A stretch of DNA of 64,000 nt from an uncultured Gammaproteobacteria bacterium (GTDB lineage Bacteria > Patescibacteriota > Patescibacteriia > SG8-24 > DYFX01). Location of the stretch: contig CAYOJH010000006.1 in the NCBI GenBank assembly GCA_964404275.1, positions 1,525-65,524 on the forward strand, read 5' to 3'. Positions 1 to 10,928 of the stretch are shown one piece after another. Under the pieces are notes generated by a model. It was not told the DNA's origin. It searched no databases and saw only the letters and a program-made list of their open reading frames with translations. How positions within the stretch are numbered: position 1 is the first letter of the stretch; each line of letters begins with the position of its first letter. The translations under genes and the position numbers were made by a program.

Positions 1-1
1 G

Positions 2-328
2 AAAGAGGCACGGACGGCCTTTCAGGCCTCGCTGGCCAAAGCGCGCGATGAGCGCGACGCGGCGCAGAAGGACGCGCAGACGGCGTATCTCGCCGCGCTG
101 AAGTCCGCGCGCGACGCGTTCCACGCGAGCGTGAGCGCCAGCGTTTCGGCCTCCGGCACGGGAGAAATCTCGGCGAACGTCTCGGCGCGTCTGGCGTATC
201 ATCAGGCGGTCAAAGCGGCCCAGAAAGCGTTCCGTGACGCGAAGAAGAAAGCCGCCAACGACTACCACGCCGAAACGAAAGCCGCGCGCGCTATCTTCGA
301 CGCCTCGGTGAAGTCCTGCAAGATCTGA
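2..328 (+). CDS. 3' part of Ala/Lys-rich helical hypothetical protein (truncated by window start)
   Basis: Frame open from base 2 (KEARTAFQASLAKARDERD...) to TGA at 328; followed by terminator. Confidence 0.75.
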   Translation, partial: KEARTAFQASLAKARDERDAAQKDAQTAYLAALKSARDAFHASVSASVSASGTGEISANVSARLAYHQAVKAAQKAFRDAKKKAANDYHAETKAARAIFDASVKSCKI

Positions 329-330
329 AC

Positions 331-362
331 GAAAAATCCTCCCGAAGTGGGAGGATTTTTCA
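331..362. terminator. Bidirectional intrinsic terminator
   Basis: aaaaatcctccc-gaagt-gggaggattttt between convergent genes. Confidence 0.8.
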
Positions 363-1079
363 TTTCGCGCGTTTGGCGTTCTTGGCCCGCCATTCGCCGA
401 TCTTCTTGTGATCGCCTGAGAGCAGGACGGGCGGGACTTTCCAGTGCGTGCCTTTCTTGGGGGAGAAATCTTCCGGCCGCGTGTAATGCGGATGCTCGAT
501 GTAACCTTCGGCCGAGTGGGATTCGTCGACGATCGAGGCTTCCTTGCCGACCACGCCGGGAACGAGGCGCGAGACCGCGTCGAGGATCGTCATGGCCGGC
601 AGCTCGCCGCCGGTCAGCACGTAGTCGCCGACGGAAATTTCCTCGTCGATCAGGTGATCGGAAACGCGCTGATCGATCCCTTCATAGCGCCCGCACAGGA
701 AGACGATGTGCTTGTGCTTCACGAGGCGTTCCGCCACGCGCTGGGTGAACCGCGTGCCGCGAGGGGAGAGAAGTATAACATATGACTTTTGACTTCCAAC
801 TTCAACCTTTTGGCTTCTCACTTTTAGCTTCTTGCTTCTCAAAGCGCCCAGCGCTTTGAGTGCGCGATAGATCGGCTCAACCTTCATCAGCATGCCGGGG
901 CCGCCGCCGAACGGGCGATCATCGACCTTCTTATGCTTGCCGGTCGCATAGGCGCGCAGATCGTGGATGCGAATATCCAAAAGCTTCCGCGCTTTGGCGC
1001 GCTTGATCATGCTCTCGTCGAGATACGACGAAAACATACCCGGAAAAATCGTGAGAATGTCGAAGCGAAGTTTTTTCAT
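360..1079 (-). CDS. trmD: tRNA (guanine-N1)-methyltransferase
   Basis: FDILTIFP, VDDRPFGGGPGM, CGRYEGIDQR, SVGDYVLTGGE, YTRP, VPPVLLSGDH motifs. Confidence 0.97.
   Translation of the reverse strand: MKKLRFDILTIFPGMFSSYLDESMIKRAKARKLLDIRIHDLRAYATGKHKKVDDRPFGGGPGMLMKVEPIYRALKALGALRSKKLKVRSQKVEVGSQKSYVILLSPRGTRFTQRVAERLVKHKHIVFLCGRYEGIDQRVSDHLIDEEISVGDYVLTGGELPAMTILDAVSRLVPGVVGKEASIVDESHSAEGYIEHPHYTRPEDFSPKKGTHWKVPPVLLSGDHKKIGEWRAKNAKRAK
785..840. repeat. 8 x 7-bp degenerate tandem repeat inside trmD
   Basis: acttttg acttcca acttcaa ccttttg gcttctc actttta gcttctt gcttctc; AT-rich patch in a GC-rich gene. Confidence 0.8.
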
Positions 1080-1082
1080 CCG

Positions 1083-1448
1083 TCAGATCAGCTCGCGCAG
1101 GCGGTTGGCGAGATCGCTCAGCATCGTTTGGCGCGCGTCTTTGTAAGCGGGATCCGCATCGGAGGCTTCGAGCGCGCGGCGATGATCGTTCACGCGATCA
1201 AGCAGCGCTTCGAGCCGCGCGAGCGCGTCGAACGCGTTTTCCGTTTCCTGCCAATCGTGCGCGAGTTCCGCGTCGCGCAGGAACAGGCCCGCCAGCTTGT
1301 CGAGGTCGGGCGCGCGCCGTTCGACGCGCGGCACTTTGTCGGTCGTGATCTCGCCCGCAACTTCTCCGTGGAGCAGGCTCGCATGCGCGAGACTGTCCGG
1401 CGAGGTTTCAATGCGGAAGTTTTCGCCTTCGGTCGGCTTGCGTTTCAT
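1083..1448 (-). CDS. Hypothetical protein
   Basis: 121-aa ORF ending 3 bp before the trmD start, helical composition. Confidence 0.6.
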   Translation of the reverse strand: MKRKPTEGENFRIETSPDSLAHASLLHGEVAGEITTDKVPRVERRAPDLDKLAGLFLRDAELAHDWQETENAFDALARLEALLDRVNDHRRALEASDADPAYKDARQTMLSDLANRLRELI

Positions 1449-1479
1449 GGCACAATTTTAGCATTTTTTCGGCCTAAAG

Positions 1480-2586
1480 TCAACCGAAGGTGAAGGCGTA
1501 GACGTAGGTATCGGCGTCGAGATAGCGCAGTTCGAGCAGGTGCTCGCCGTAGTTGCCGTGCGCGTTCGTGAGTTCATACAGCCGCTGGCCGTCGATCGTG
1601 AGATAGGTGTTTCCGTCAGGGCCCGCTTTGACGTCCGCGCCGCGGAAATTTTCCGGCACGGGTTTTCCATCAAGCAGGATCTCAACGCGCTTTTTGCCGT
1701 CGCCGCCCATCACGAGGTTGGCGTTCGAAGCGGAGTAACGATATTCGAGCCGCGCGTCGTTGCCGGAGACGGCGCGTTCCGAAGCGTCGGTCCACTGGCC
1801 GCTGAAGGCGAAATGATTCAGCTCCAGCGTTTTCGGAAAGCTGTAGGTGCCGAGCTGATCCTGCGCGACGTTTTCAGGACTCGAGAAGGCGCCCATGCGC
1901 GCATAGCCGACATAGGTTTCCGGCGAGCCGATTTTCGAAAAATCCGGCTGCGCTTCCTGCGTGATCGGCATGGCGGCATCTTGGCCCGCTTCCTTTAAGA
2001 GCGCTTGGATATCGCCTTCGGTTTCGTCATAGGCGCCTTCGCCGAAATGCACCGCGCGCAGGCGGCCCTTGGCGTCAAAGAGATAATGCGCGGGCCAGTA
2101 CTGGTTCTGATAGGCGTTCCAGGTGGCCTGGTCGCTATCCAACGCGACGGGATAGGTGACGCCCAGGCGCTTGACCGCGTCGCGCACGTTCTGTTCGACT
2201 TTTTCGAAGGCGAACTCCGGCGTGTGCACGCCGATCACGATGAAACCCTTATCCTTATACTTGCCGTACCACGAGGTGACGTAGGGGAGCGTGCGCAGGC
2301 AGTTGATGCAGGAGTAGGTCCAGAAATCGACCAGCACGACGTTGCCTTTCAGATCGGCGGTCGTGAGCGGCGGCGAGTTGATCCAGGCTTTGATGCCCGT
2401 GAATTCCGGCATCGCGTCGGCCAAGACCGGCAGTGCGTTTTCCGCGGTCGTCGGCGCGGTGAGTTTCGCGTAGGGATTCGCCGGCATGAGGTTCATCATG
2501 CCTTGCATGCGCTTCGAAACGATCGCGCCGGCGGCGAGCAGGAGAACGACGGCGATGCCGATCCCGAGCCAGATTTTTTTCGACAT
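1480..2586 (-). CDS. Membrane-anchored redoxin, DipZ C-terminal-like thioredoxin
   Basis: N-terminal TM; VLVDFWTYSCINC, GVHTPEFAFEK, NQYWPA, ending AFTFG. Confidence 0.9.
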   Translation of the reverse strand: MSKKIWLGIGIAVVLLLAAGAIVSKRMQGMMNLMPANPYAKLTAPTTAENALPVLADAMPEFTGIKAWINSPPLTTADLKGNVVLVDFWTYSCINCLRTLPYVTSWYGKYKDKGFIVIGVHTPEFAFEKVEQNVRDAVKRLGVTYPVALDSDQATWNAYQNQYWPAHYLFDAKGRLRAVHFGEGAYDETEGDIQALLKEAGQDAAMPITQEAQPDFSKIGSPETYVGYARMGAFSSPENVAQDQLGTYSFPKTLELNHFAFSGQWTDASERAVSGNDARLEYRYSASNANLVMGGDGKKRVEILLDGKPVPENFRGADVKAGPDGNTYLTIDGQRLYELTNAHGNYGEHLLELRYLDADTYVYAFTFG

Positions 2587-2589
2587 AGA

Positions 2590-3318
2590 TTAGAGCATCA
2601 AGATCGAACTGACGGGCAGCCGCGCGATCAGCCAGGCTTGGATCACGTGATCGTATCCGGCCAGGATCGCGATCGCGGTCAGCATGATCAGGATACCGAA
2701 GGCCTTGTTAAAAAGGGAGCGCCAGCGTCCGGCCGAACGGAGCCGTTCCTGGAGGTGCCGGCTGCCATAGGCGATTGCCAGCATCGGCAGACCCGCACCG
2801 ACGGCGTAGGCCAGGAAGAGCAGCGCCGTCGTGACGTAGTCGCTCGTGCGCGCGGCCAGCGTGATGATCGTGGCCAGGATCGGTCCGGCGCACGGCGTCC
2901 AAACCAAGCCGAGCGAAGCGCCGACGGCGAGACCGGAGAGCGCGTCGGTTTTCGTCGAGGCGCCACCCGAAACGTTCGCGCCCAATTTCGCGAGCAGAGG
3001 CTGCATCTTGGCCGACAATTTTTCGTACGCGCCTTCAAAGCACAGCGCCGCGCCGCAAAGGAACAGGATGACGCCGGCGACGGTGCGGAGCGCGTCATTC
3101 GAGATGCCCAGGAACGTGCCCGCGGTCGCGAAGGCGGCGCCGATCACCGCGAACGAGCCGACGAAGCCGGCCACGATCATGAGCGGCCGCCATTTCGAAC
3201 GTCCGCCGCTCGTCCCTAAGAGAAAGGGGAGAACCGGCAAGATGCAGGGCGCGAGAATCGTGAGGACGCCCGCGGCGATCGCCAGGAAAAAGAGGGTCAT
3301 ATGAAGGAAGTCTATCAT
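2590..3318 (-). CDS. CcdA/DsbD-type membrane protein (DipZ N-terminal half); start may be 3300
   Basis: AGVLTILAPCILPVLP and LGLVWTPCAGPIL motifs, multiple TM. Confidence 0.9.
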   Translation of the reverse strand: MIDFLHMTLFFLAIAAGVLTILAPCILPVLPFLLGTSGGRSKWRPLMIVAGFVGSFAVIGAAFATAGTFLGISNDALRTVAGVILFLCGAALCFEGAYEKLSAKMQPLLAKLGANVSGGASTKTDALSGLAVGASLGLVWTPCAGPILATIITLAARTSDYVTTALLFLAYAVGAGLPMLAIAYGSRHLQERLRSAGRWRSLFNKAFGILIMLTAIAILAGYDHVIQAWLIARLPVSSILML

Positions 3319-3336
3319 GGAGAAAGAAAAAGCCCG

Positions 3337-4032
3337 TCAGCGATGACGGGACCGACGGCGTTTTCGATGGCGGCGCGCATGTTGCGCGGCGGGCCGGACT
3401 TTGCCGGCTTTGGCATAGCTCGGCAGCACCATGACGTGAAAGCAGTACTGGCCGTATTCCTGGATGTAGATGACTTTGCCCTGGGACGCGAGCGTGTTCA
3501 GCCGGCGGCGGATCCAGGCGTCTTCTTTGCGGGAGAGGCCGATCCTCGAGATGTCGACGGTGGCGCCGGTCAGGTGCGAAGAGCGTTTCCAGCCCGACGC
3601 GCCGCAGATGGCGTTGCCGTTCGAATGGCAGAGCCGGCGCTGATAGGCCTGGGTGCGCACGAGCGACGTGATCACGTAGCGCGTGCCGAAGGCGTCGTGC
3701 GCCGCGCCGAGCTCATGATCGAGAAAGGCTTTCGTCCACGGGCGGGCATGGCGATAGAGATCGCGATGCTCCGGATCCATCTCGGCGAGCGTCTGATCGA
3801 TGGCGTACGCGTCGGTGTCGCCGACGCTCACCAGCCGCCCCGCGTCGACGAAGGCGCGGAGGTCGTCGAGCGTTTCGAGCCGTGAGAGGTCGTACCGGTC
3901 AGCGGCGTCATTCTGCAGCTTTTGCAGATAGCCGCGGGGATGGGCCTCGGTCGGAATCGGGGCAAAGAGCGCGAGGAGAACGAGAAAACATGGAATGTTC
4001 CTCATGACGGCACCTCGCTTCATAGGGTACAA
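3337..4032 (-). CDS. Secreted DUF5715-like protein (peptidase M15-like fold)
   Basis: Signal peptide; ITSLVRT..YQRRL, SSHLTGATVDIS, CFHVMV. Confidence 0.7.
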   Translation of the reverse strand: MYPMKRGAVMRNIPCFLVLLALFAPIPTEAHPRGYLQKLQNDAADRYDLSRLETLDDLRAFVDAGRLVSVGDTDAYAIDQTLAEMDPEHRDLYRHARPWTKAFLDHELGAAHDAFGTRYVITSLVRTQAYQRRLCHSNGNAICGASGWKRSSHLTGATVDISRIGLSRKEDAWIRRRLNTLASQGKVIYIQEYGQYCFHVMVLPSYAKAGKVRPAAQHARRHRKRRRSRHR

Positions 4033-4043
4033 TACCGGCAGCT

Positions 4044-4739
4044 ATGGTCAAAAGGATCGCCATCCTCTCGCTGCTCTGCTGGTGCGCTTGTGCTCCAGTC
4101 TTGGCGCAACGCATCTCTCCGGTGACCGCGCGCGACGTTCGGCAGACGCCCGACGGCGTCGATCGCGTTTTTTCCTTCACCGTCGTCAACGCGCTTCCCC
4201 GCGACTTCGTGGTCCACGGGCGCGTCACGGTCATCAACGTCTACGACACCTCGCTGCCGGTCACGCTGCCTTTCGACGGCCTGACGGTGCCGGCCGGCGG
4301 GACGGCTCCCGTTCAGGTGCGCTGGCATGACGCGCCGCTCGCCGGACAAGTCCGCGCGCTGATCGTCGTGAGCGACGGCCTCGACCCTTCCTACGTCGCG
4401 CCGATGACGTTCTGGCTCTGGCCGAGCCTGCCGAACGTCGGAATCGTCGCTCTGGGCATCCTGTTCACCCTGGGCGTCGTGCTGGTCTGGCGCCTCCTGC
4501 GGAAAAGAACGAAAAGGCCGAAAGTTTCGGCTCCGGCCGCGCGCCGGATTCCGACCAACATGCTTCCGTACGTCGTCGAACCGAACGACAGCTTGATGTC
4601 CCTGACCAGCCGGTTCGACGTCAGCTGGGAAGACCTCGTCCGCGCCAACCGTATGATGCCCCCCTACGAACTGAGGCCGGGAAAAACGATCCTGATCCCG
4701 CGGCACCCCCTGAAGTCGAAGCCCGCGCCGAAGGCTTGA
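4044..4739 (+). CDS. Membrane protein with C-terminal LysM domain
   Basis: Signal peptide, TM, YVVEPNDSL..L..RFDVSWEDLVRANR....ELRPGKTILIP. Confidence 0.8.
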   Translation: MVKRIAILSLLCWCACAPVLAQRISPVTARDVRQTPDGVDRVFSFTVVNALPRDFVVHGRVTVINVYDTSLPVTLPFDGLTVPAGGTAPVQVRWHDAPLAGQVRALIVVSDGLDPSYVAPMTFWLWPSLPNVGIVALGILFTLGVVLVWRLLRKRTKRPKVSAPAARRIPTNMLPYVVEPNDSLMSLTSRFDVSWEDLVRANRMMPPYELRPGKTILIPRHPLKSKPAPKA

Positions 4740-4780
4740 CGCCCAAAGCGCTCGCGCGTATAGTTAGGCCATCTAACTAT
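4736..4780 (+). promoter_or_regulatory. Sigma70 promoter overlapped by palindromic MarR-type operator
   Basis: TTGACG (4736)-17 bp-TATAGT (4759); inverted repeat atagttag-N5-ctaactat at 4760-4780 directly upstream of the marR gene. Confidence 0.75.
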
Positions 4781-4797
4781 TCGTCGCGCTGCATCGC

Positions 4798-5217
4798 ATG
4801 CCCGTCTCGGCCCGTCTCAAGCGCCTGATTTCGCTGAGCTTCTCCCTTCACGGGATGATGCGCGATCGGCTCAAGCGCGCCTCGCATCCCGACGCCGTTT
4901 CGTTCCCGAAGCTGGTGGTCTTGCGGTTCATCCTTGAGCGTAAGGATCCGCCCATGAAAGACGTCGCAGCCTTCCTGGGCGTGACGCCGCCTTCGGCCAC
5001 CGCGCTGATCGACGGCCTGGCCGCCGATGGGCTGGTGGCCCGGAAACCGGATCCTCGAGACCGGCGCGGCGTGCTCTTGCGCGCGACGCCCAAAGGCAGA
5101 CGCCTGGTGCAGGCCTGTTTCGCCCGCGTCTCGGCACAGGTCGCCGAGATGTTCGGCCGGCTCACGATCGAAGAACAGGATCGCTTGATCGCCATTTTCG
5201 AGAAATTACTCGTATGA
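4798..5217 (+). CDS. MarR family regulator
   Basis: MKDVAAFLGVTPPSATALIDGL..DGLV.R.PDPRDRR...L..TPKG. Confidence 0.92.
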   Translation: MPVSARLKRLISLSFSLHGMMRDRLKRASHPDAVSFPKLVVLRFILERKDPPMKDVAAFLGVTPPSATALIDGLAADGLVARKPDPRDRRGVLLRATPKGRRLVQACFARVSAQVAEMFGRLTIEEQDRLIAIFEKLLV

Positions 5218-6887
5218 AGAAAATCCTCTTGATCGTCCTCGGCGTGATCCTGGTGGCTTTTGTCGGCTGGAGAATCGCCGCGGCCCGTGCGCCGAAGATC
5301 GCGTACGACACGTTCGACGCCGCGCGCCAGACGCTCCGCCAGACCGTCCAGGTCACCGGCGAAGTCGTCTCTTCGCAGGACGTCGATTTGAAATTCGAAG
5401 CCTCCGGCCGCGTGCATGCGATCATCAAGAAGGTCGGCGACCCGGTCAAAGCGGGGGAAGTGCTGGCCACGCTCGACGGCCGCGATGAAGCGGTGGGCGT
5501 CCAGAAAGCGCAGGCGGCGCTCTTGTCGGCTCAGGCCAGCCTCGATCGTTTGCAACATGGCGCCACGGCCGAGGACATCAACGTCGCGGCCGTCGCCGCA
5601 GAGAACGCGCAGACGTCTTTGGATCAGGCGCAGCTTTCGCTGACGAGGACCCAGGCTTCCAACGCGGCTACGCTCGACAAGGCCTACGGCGACCTCGATG
5701 GCCAGATCGAGAGCCTGTATCTCAAAGCTTCGAGCGCGGTTCAGACGATGAAGAACGAAGTTTTCGACGCGGCCGGCAGCCTCCGTTCCGACATTTCTTC
5801 TTCCGATTCCGGCACGCAGAATCAAGCCCTGACGGATTTCACGGCGGCGCGTTCCGCCATCACGGCGATGGACATGGACGTGGTCGCCTATCGCGCCGCG
5901 ACAACGGACGCTGACAAGGACCGCTTGTCGGGCGCCCTGCTCGGCGAAGCGAAAACCGTCCGTCAATCCGCGCAGACGGCCAATGCGCTGATGCAGACCT
6001 CGGTGCCGACAGGCGCGACGACGCAAGCCGCCTTTGATGCGCGAAAATCCGACGTGAAGGCGGCTTGGTCGGAGCTGAGTGCCGCCGTCAACGCCGCCGA
6101 TTCGCAGCGCTTGCTCGTGGCCTCGACCGCCGCTTCGAACGCCTCCTCGCTCTCCGCCGCAGAGCAGAACGTCAAGACCGCCGAAGGCGCGCTCGCGAGC
6201 GCGCAGGCCAACCTCGATCTGAAGAAAGCGCCGGCCACCTCGTTCGATCTTGAGAGCGCCCGCGCGAGCGTCTCGCAGGCGCAGGCTTCGCTCGGCGAGG
6301 CGGAAAACGCGCTCGAGAAAACCAAGATCCGCGCGCCCTTTGACGGCACGATCGCCCAGGTGCCCGGCCGCGCCGGCACGACCGTTGCGCCGAGCGACGT
6401 CATTCTCAAATTGCACGGCGACAACCTCTACGAAATCGAAGCCGACGTGCCGGAAACCGACGTGGCCAAACTCAAGATCGGCCTGCCCGCCGAGATCACG
6501 CTCGACGCGTATGGCGACGGCGTGAAATTCCAGGGCGCGCTGACTTCGATCGACACCGCGCAGACGGTCATCCAGGACGTCGTCTATTACAAAACGCGCT
6601 TCCAGCTTCAAGCGCAGGCGGACAAGCCGATCCGGACCGGCATGACGGCCAACATCACGGTCATCACGCAGGAAAAGGCGAACGTACTCGTCGTACCGCA
6701 GCGCGCCATCAGGCTGGATGGCGAAGAAAAAAGCGTGCGCGTGCTCGAAAACGGCCAGGAGGTCAAGAAGGTCGTGACGACCGGCTTGTACGGCGATGAC
6801 GGGTACGTCGAAATCGTTTCGGGCCTGTCCGGTGGCGAGAAGATCGTGCTGGCCGCGCGCCGCGGCGGCAAGATCATCACGGAATAA
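5214..6887 (+). CDS. HlyD/MacA-type efflux adaptor subunit
   Basis: N-terminal TM, lipoyl-like GDPVKAGEVLATLD, long coiled coil, IRAPFDG, VPETDVAKLKIG. Confidence 0.9.
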   Translation: MKKILLIVLGVILVAFVGWRIAAARAPKIAYDTFDAARQTLRQTVQVTGEVVSSQDVDLKFEASGRVHAIIKKVGDPVKAGEVLATLDGRDEAVGVQKAQAALLSAQASLDRLQHGATAEDINVAAVAAENAQTSLDQAQLSLTRTQASNAATLDKAYGDLDGQIESLYLKASSAVQTMKNEVFDAAGSLRSDISSSDSGTQNQALTDFTAARSAITAMDMDVVAYRAATTDADKDRLSGALLGEAKTVRQSAQTANALMQTSVPTGATTQAAFDARKSDVKAAWSELSAAVNAADSQRLLVASTAASNASSLSAAEQNVKTAEGALASAQANLDLKKAPATSFDLESARASVSQAQASLGEAENALEKTKIRAPFDGTIAQVPGRAGTTVAPSDVILKLHGDNLYEIEADVPETDVAKLKIGLPAEITLDAYGDGVKFQGALTSIDTAQTVIQDVVYYKTRFQLQAQADKPIRTGMTANITVITQEKANVLVVPQRAIRLDGEEKSVRVLENGQEVKKVVTTGLYGDDGYVEIVSGLSGGEKIVLAARRGGKIITE

Positions 6888-6888
6888 C

Positions 6889-7617
<729 letters not shown>

Positions 7618-7618
7618 T

Positions 7619-8848
7619 ATGCACATCGGCGAAACGACGCGCACCGCATTCAAGGGATTGGCCGCGCACAAGACGCGCTCGTTCTTGACGATGCTCGGCA
7701 TCATCATCGGCATCGCGTCCGTCATCATGATGATGTCGCTCGGCGCCGGGGCCCAGGACTTGATCGTCGGCCAGATTTCGAGCTTCGGCCCCGACACGCT
7801 GTTCGTGCGCGGAGGCGGAGGCGACGCCAACGGCCCGCCGAACTTCGCCCAGCTCCAGGCCATCACGTACGCTGATTATCAGGCCGTCCAACGCTTGCCT
7901 TCGGTCAAGGCAGCCGCGCCGATCCTGCAGATCGACGCCACGGTCGCCTATCAAGGCCAGACGTCCGTGCCGACCGTCTACGGCACCTCGCCGGACTATT
8001 TCGATCTGAATCGGACCGGCCTCGACGCGGGACGGCTGTTCGACAAGACCGACCTGGACGGAGCCGGAAACGTCATCGTGATCGGCCATCAGCTGGCGCT
8101 CGATCTTTTCAACGGCGACGATCCGATCGGAAAATCCGTGACGGTCAACCGCAAAACCTTCGTCGTGATCGGCACGCTGCCGGCGCACGGCGCGTCGATC
8201 TTCCTCGATCAGGACAAGGCGGCCTACGTGCCGATCACGACCGCGAAAAAAGAGCTTTCCGGCGTGAACTACGTCACCTTCATGATGGTCCAGGCCAAAG
8301 GCGACGTCGATTACGCGGCCGACGACGTGCGCTTCCTCTTGCGCGACCGCCACAAGATCGACAATCCCACCGGCGACACCAAGAAGGACGATTTCCTGGT
8401 CCGGACGCAAGTGCAGGCCGCCGCGACGCTCAGCACCGTGACCGGCGCTTTGACGCTGTTCCTTTCGGCCATCGCTTCGATCTCGCTCGTGGTCGGCGGC
8501 ATCGGCATCATGAACATCATGCTCGTCTCCGTCACGGAACGGACGCGCGAGATTGGCTTGCGCAAAGCCGTCGGGGCCACGCGCGCCAACATCATGCTGC
8601 AGTTCCTGCTCGAGGCCATCATGCTGACCATGCTCGGCGGCTTCGTCGGCGTCGCGATCGGAGGCAGCTTCTCCTTCCTGGCCGCCAAGATCATCGCCAA
8701 CTATTCGCCCGATTGGAAATTCTCCCTCCCGCTCTCCGGCATCCTGCTGTCGGTCGGCGTGGCCACGTTGGTCGGTCTGATCTTCGGCCTCTATCCCGCG
8801 CAAAAAGCCTCGAAGCTCGATCCGATCGAAGCGCTGCGTTACGAATGA
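7619..8848 (+). CDS. ABC transporter permease (MacB/FtsX-like)
   Basis: [50 protein letters not shown]. Confidence 0.95.
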   Translation: MHIGETTRTAFKGLAAHKTRSFLTMLGIIIGIASVIMMMSLGAGAQDLIVGQISSFGPDTLFVRGGGGDANGPPNFAQLQAITYADYQAVQRLPSVKAAAPILQIDATVAYQGQTSVPTVYGTSPDYFDLNRTGLDAGRLFDKTDLDGAGNVIVIGHQLALDLFNGDDPIGKSVTVNRKTFVVIGTLPAHGASIFLDQDKAAYVPITTAKKELSGVNYVTFMMVQAKGDVDYAADDVRFLLRDRHKIDNPTGDTKKDDFLVRTQVQAAATLSTVTGALTLFLSAIASISLVVGGIGIMNIMLVSVTERTREIGLRKAVGATRANIMLQFLLEAIMLTMLGGFVGVAIGGSFSFLAAKIIANYSPDWKFSLPLSGILLSVGVATLVGLIFGLYPAQKASKLDPIEALRYE

Positions 8849-8923
8849 GCCGGCCCTCGATTGACGGAATCGCCTCCGTGTTCTAAGGTGGCGCGTTCGA
8901 AGCCCTTTGCCTCGGGAGAACCC

Positions 8924-9301
8924 ATGCTCAGCCAGGAACAGACGCACCTGCTCGAAAAAGCCAAGTTGCCGACGGACATCGCCGCCTTCATCGGTCGCCG
9001 AGCGCGTTGCCAGTATCTTCACGGACACGGCGCGCTCCATGAATACGAAGTGATCGGCCTGACATTTTACGTCCGTTACGGCCGGGTGCGCGAACAGATC
9101 TGGCACAACGCCCCGCTCGGGATCCAAGCCATCCTCGCGCCCGTCACGCAGCGCGAGATCGAACGCGGGGAATCCCTGCATCACCCGTTCATGCGCTTCG
9201 ACGGAGAACGCTGGGCGCTCTTCACGCTCCGCCCGCGACTCTCCTCGCACCGCACCGAGAGCTCCTGGATCGAACACCCCGTCAAGGTCTTCTGGGAATG
9301 A
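8924..9301 (+). CDS. Hypothetical protein
   Basis: GGAG RBS before ATG 8924; fills gap between genes. Confidence 0.6.
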   Translation: MLSQEQTHLLEKAKLPTDIAAFIGRRARCQYLHGHGALHEYEVIGLTFYVRYGRVREQIWHNAPLGIQAILAPVTQREIERGESLHHPFMRFDGERWALFTLRPRLSSHRTESSWIEHPVKVFWE

Positions 9302-9372
9302 ATGCCCGCGCCTCGCCGCGGGTTTTCTTTTCTCTTGAAAAAAACGGTCTTATCCGCTACATTGAGCCCGAT

Positions 9373-9612
9373 ATGGAAGAAGCCAAGAAGCCGCTCAAAA
9401 TCACCAAGATCGTTATCGACCGCGAGCTGTGCATCGGGGCGGCTTCGTGCGTCGTGATCGCGCCGGGCACGTTTCAGATGGACGAGGAGAACAAGGCCTA
9501 CCTCGTCGACATCGACGCGCATGACGCGGAGACGCTCAAGATGGCGGCGGAATCGTGCCCGACCAAGGCGATTTTCCTCTACGACGAAGAGGGAAAGCAG
9601 GTCTACCCGTAA
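9373..9612 (+). CDS. Ferredoxin, probably [3Fe-4S] type
   Basis: IDRELCIGAASC...AP..F...AAESCP (CxxAxxC...CP). Confidence 0.9.
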   Translation: MEEAKKPLKITKIVIDRELCIGAASCVVIAPGTFQMDEENKAYLVDIDAHDAETLKMAAESCPTKAIFLYDEEGKQVYP

Positions 9613-10832
9613 TGCGTTCCGTCGACGTTCTGATCATCGGCGGCGGCGCGGCCGGCACGACGGCGGCGGAGACGTACCGCGCCGGCGGCGGCGAGGGTTC
9701 GGTCGTGATCGTGTCCGACGAAGCGCATCGGCTGTATTCGCGCGTGCTCTTGCCGCATGCGGCCAAAGGCAAGATCGCGGCGGAGAAGTCTTTTTTGAGA
9801 AATGAAAACTGGTACGCGGAAAAAGGCATCGAGCTTCTGACCGATCTCTCCGTGCTACGCGTAGATTTCAAGCATCGCATCGCCGTTTTGGATAACAACG
9901 AAGAACTTTCCTACAAGAACTTGGTGATCGCCGTCGGCGGCAAGCCGCGGGATTGGCACGTGCCCGGCGCGGAGACGAGCGGGGTTTTGAAATTACAGAC
10001 GTACGAAGACGCGCTCGCGCTGCGCGATGCCTTGCGACCCGAAGCGCGCATGGCGATCGTGGGCTCCGGCTTCATCGCGATCGAATTCGCCGCCGCCTGC
10101 GTCGAGAAAGGCGTCCAGGCGACGCTCTTCAATCGCGGACCGCATTTCTGGGCTTCCGCGCTCGGCGAAAAGATCGGTCAGGCCGTCCAAGCCGCGATGG
10201 AAACGCAGGGCCTGCGCGTGCGCCATTCCGCGAAAGTGGCCGCCGTCGAAGGCGGTGAAACCGTTTCGGCCGTGAAACTGTCGACCGGCGAAACGTTTCC
10301 ATGCGAGCTGGTCGGCCTCGGCATCGGCATCGAGGTCTCGGCAGAGCCGTTCGCCGATCTGAAGGGCGAGATCGGCCTCGCCGCGGACGCGTTCCTGAAA
10401 GCGAAACACGAGAACGTCTGGATCGCGGGCGACTGCGCGGAATACGACGATGAAGTCGTCGGCTTCCGCCGCGTGGTCGGCAACTGGACCAATGCGATCG
10501 CCCAAGGCCGCCACGTCGGCCAGGCGCTGCTCGGGCGCCACGAAAAATTCATCATGCTGACCGGCTACAGCACGAGCGTCTTTCCGGGCGTGAACCTGAT
10601 TTTCCTCGGCGAATCGCGGATGCTGCCCGACGTCGAACGCCATGAACGCGTTCTCGAAGAAGGAAAAAAGATCGTCGAATTCCGCACGCTGCGCGGCCGC
10701 GTAATCGGCGCGCTCCTGCTGAACGCGACCGATCAGCGCGCAGCCGCCGCGGCCTTGATCGTCTCGGGCGTTTCCCTGGTAGGCAGAGAAAACGATCTGA
10801 GCGACGCTTCAGTGCCGCTCGATCAATTTTGA
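9612..10832 (+). CDS. FAD/NAD(P)-dependent oxidoreductase (ferredoxin reductase-like)
   Basis: IIGGGAAG, IVGSGFIAIE, WIAGDCA; TAATG coupling to ferredoxin. Confidence 0.9.
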   Translation: MRSVDVLIIGGGAAGTTAAETYRAGGGEGSVVIVSDEAHRLYSRVLLPHAAKGKIAAEKSFLRNENWYAEKGIELLTDLSVLRVDFKHRIAVLDNNEELSYKNLVIAVGGKPRDWHVPGAETSGVLKLQTYEDALALRDALRPEARMAIVGSGFIAIEFAAACVEKGVQATLFNRGPHFWASALGEKIGQAVQAAMETQGLRVRHSAKVAAVEGGETVSAVKLSTGETFPCELVGLGIGIEVSAEPFADLKGEIGLAADAFLKAKHENVWIAGDCAEYDDEVVGFRRVVGNWTNAIAQGRHVGQALLGRHEKFIMLTGYSTSVFPGVNLIFLGESRMLPDVERHERVLEEGKKIVEFRTLRGRVIGALLLNATDQRAAAAALIVSGVSLVGRENDLSDASVPLDQF

Positions 10833-10928
10833 GAGCCGTTTTGACGCGAAGGCCCGACGTGATTCGTCCTTTTATTTTGCGCAGTCCTCTTGACATGCGA
10901 CACCCTCCTTCCGGTAGGAAGTCCCCGC

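Noticed and set aside
1480-3318. Split DipZ as a pseudogene
   Set aside because: Both halves are intact, and the redoxin has its own start and membrane anchor; ccdA + redoxin pairs are ordinary.
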